Source of the DNA: Okeania hirsuta
Lineage (GTDB): Bacteria; Cyanobacteriota; Cyanobacteriia; Cyanobacteriales; Microcoleaceae
Reading direction: 5' to 3' (one strand)
Assembly (NCBI RefSeq): GCF_003838225.1
Contig: NZ_RCBZ01000114.1
DNA length: 16,656 nucleotides
Shown here: piece after piece, positions 15,971-16,656 of the stretch
Position numbering within the stretch: the first letter of the stretch is position 1
Layout: each line of letters begins with the position of its first letter
The notes under the pieces: model-generated
The model's database searches: none
Told to the model about the DNA's origin: nothing
Seen by the model: the letters and a program-made list of their open reading frames with translations, nothing else
Translations under genes and position numbers: made by a program

Positions 15971-16656
15971 TTAATTAGCGGGTGTCAAAATAATTACTGT
16001 TCGCTGATTGACATCAGCAGCAGGATCGCTACCAGGGAGTGGTTGAGAAAATCCCATTCCTTTGCCAACAACCTGATATGGTAAATTCTGCTGTTTCAAA
16101 TATTCGACTACTGCATTTGCTCGGTCTTGAGATATTTCTTGGTTTAACTGAGCACCACCGACCTGAGATGTATGACCTTCAACTCTAATCGTAACTTTAT
16201 TAGGATCGTATTCTTTAATTTCTGAGATGAGACTATTTATAGTTTGCTCTGCTTGGGGAGATAATTCAAATTCATCAAATCCAAATTTTACTTGACCTAA
16301 AGTTTTGGCTTTACTCAAATTCTTGCCTTGTGGTTGAGATGTTGTAGATGTGTTAGTAGAGGTAGCAGCAGAAGTTTCGATTTCTGGCGATGATGTAGCA
16401 GTTGGTTGTGCAGTTCCAGATCCAGAGGTAGTAGTAATATTAGTAGTAGGTGATACGGTCGCAGATGGAGAAGTAGATACTGAGCTAGTAGTTGTTTCAG
16501 TGTCTGTGGTTTCTGTAGTTGTAGTTATAGACTCTGCTTCAGTGGTTGTTGTATCAGTTGTAATAGGAGTGGGAGACTCTGCTGTAGTAGTTGTTTCGGT
16601 TTCTGTGGTTTCTGTAGTTGTAGTTATAGACTCTGCTTCAGTGGTTGTTGTATCAG
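15971..16656 (-). CDS. OmpA-family (peptidoglycan-binding OmpA_C domain) protein, 5'-partial. A Thr/Ser/Glu-rich tandem-repeat linker precedes the OmpA_C domain.
   Basis: The C-terminal 115 aa (…TIRVEGHTSQVGGAQLNQEISQDRANAVVEYL…) is an OmpA_C-like fold. The open frame continues upstream without a stop to the window edge (…TTTTEAESITTTTETTETETTTT…). Confidence 0.75.
   Translation of the reverse strand, partial: DTTTTEAESITTTTETTETETTTTAESPTPITTDTTTTEAESITTTTETTDTETTTSSVSTSPSATVSPTTNITTTSGSGTAQPTATSSPEIETSAATSTNTSTTSQPQGKNLSKAKTLGQVKFGFDEFELSPQAEQTINSLISEIKEYDPNKVTIRVEGHTSQVGGAQLNQEISQDRANAVVEYLKQQNLPYQVVGKGMGFSQPLPGSDPAADVNQRTVIILTPAN
16494..16656. repeat. 99-bp (33-codon) tandem repeat, ≥1.6 copies, inside the OmpA-family gene
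   Basis: gtttctgtagttgtagttatagactctgcttcagtggttgttgtatcag occurs at 16509-16557 and again at 16608-16656. The repeat is truncated by the window edge. Confidence 0.7.

Overview
The window reads as a filamentous (Nostocales-like) cyanobacterial chromosome segment. It is AT-rich, carries many HIP1 GCGATCGC sites (e.g. 2713, 3129, 4709, 5646, 6282, 10877, 11151, 15161, 15310) and has STRR-like heptanucleotide tandem repeats.

Most of the window is ordinary housekeeping genes on the minus strand:
- panE (ketopantoate reductase)
- a DHNA-CoA hot-dog thioesterase
- a TerB-like protein next to a DUF815 P-loop ATPase
- a Ser/Thr kinase with a transmembrane segment and a WD40 domain
- a CrhR/CrhC-type DEAD-box RNA helicase
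- rimO
- a partial OmpA-family gene with a Thr/Glu-rich tandem-repeat linker

One plus-strand TMEM14-like membrane protein gene and one hypothetical gene complete the coding set.

The most striking element is at 5631-7267 on the minus strand: a decayed homologue of the eukaryotic major vault protein (MVP). It carries four in-frame stop codons at conserved positions. A ~95 bp TA-flanked insertion with terminal inverted repeats breaks the frame. The region corresponding to MVP repeats 8-9, the shoulder domain and the cap-ring is absent.

A second small element with TATAGCA-type terminal inverted repeats occurs twice (1670-1756 and 15743-15852), also TA-flanked. Its ends resemble those of the MVP insertion, so both look like MITEs of one family.

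Other non-coding signals:
- a GC-rich, palindrome-dense ~145 bp segment bracketed by direct STRR repeats downstream of the helicase
- two heptamer arrays in inverted relation
- a thrice-repeated TATCCTGAAT motif
- TGAACA/TGTTCA half-site palindromes in the thioesterase promoter region
- a long leader upstream of the helicase gene
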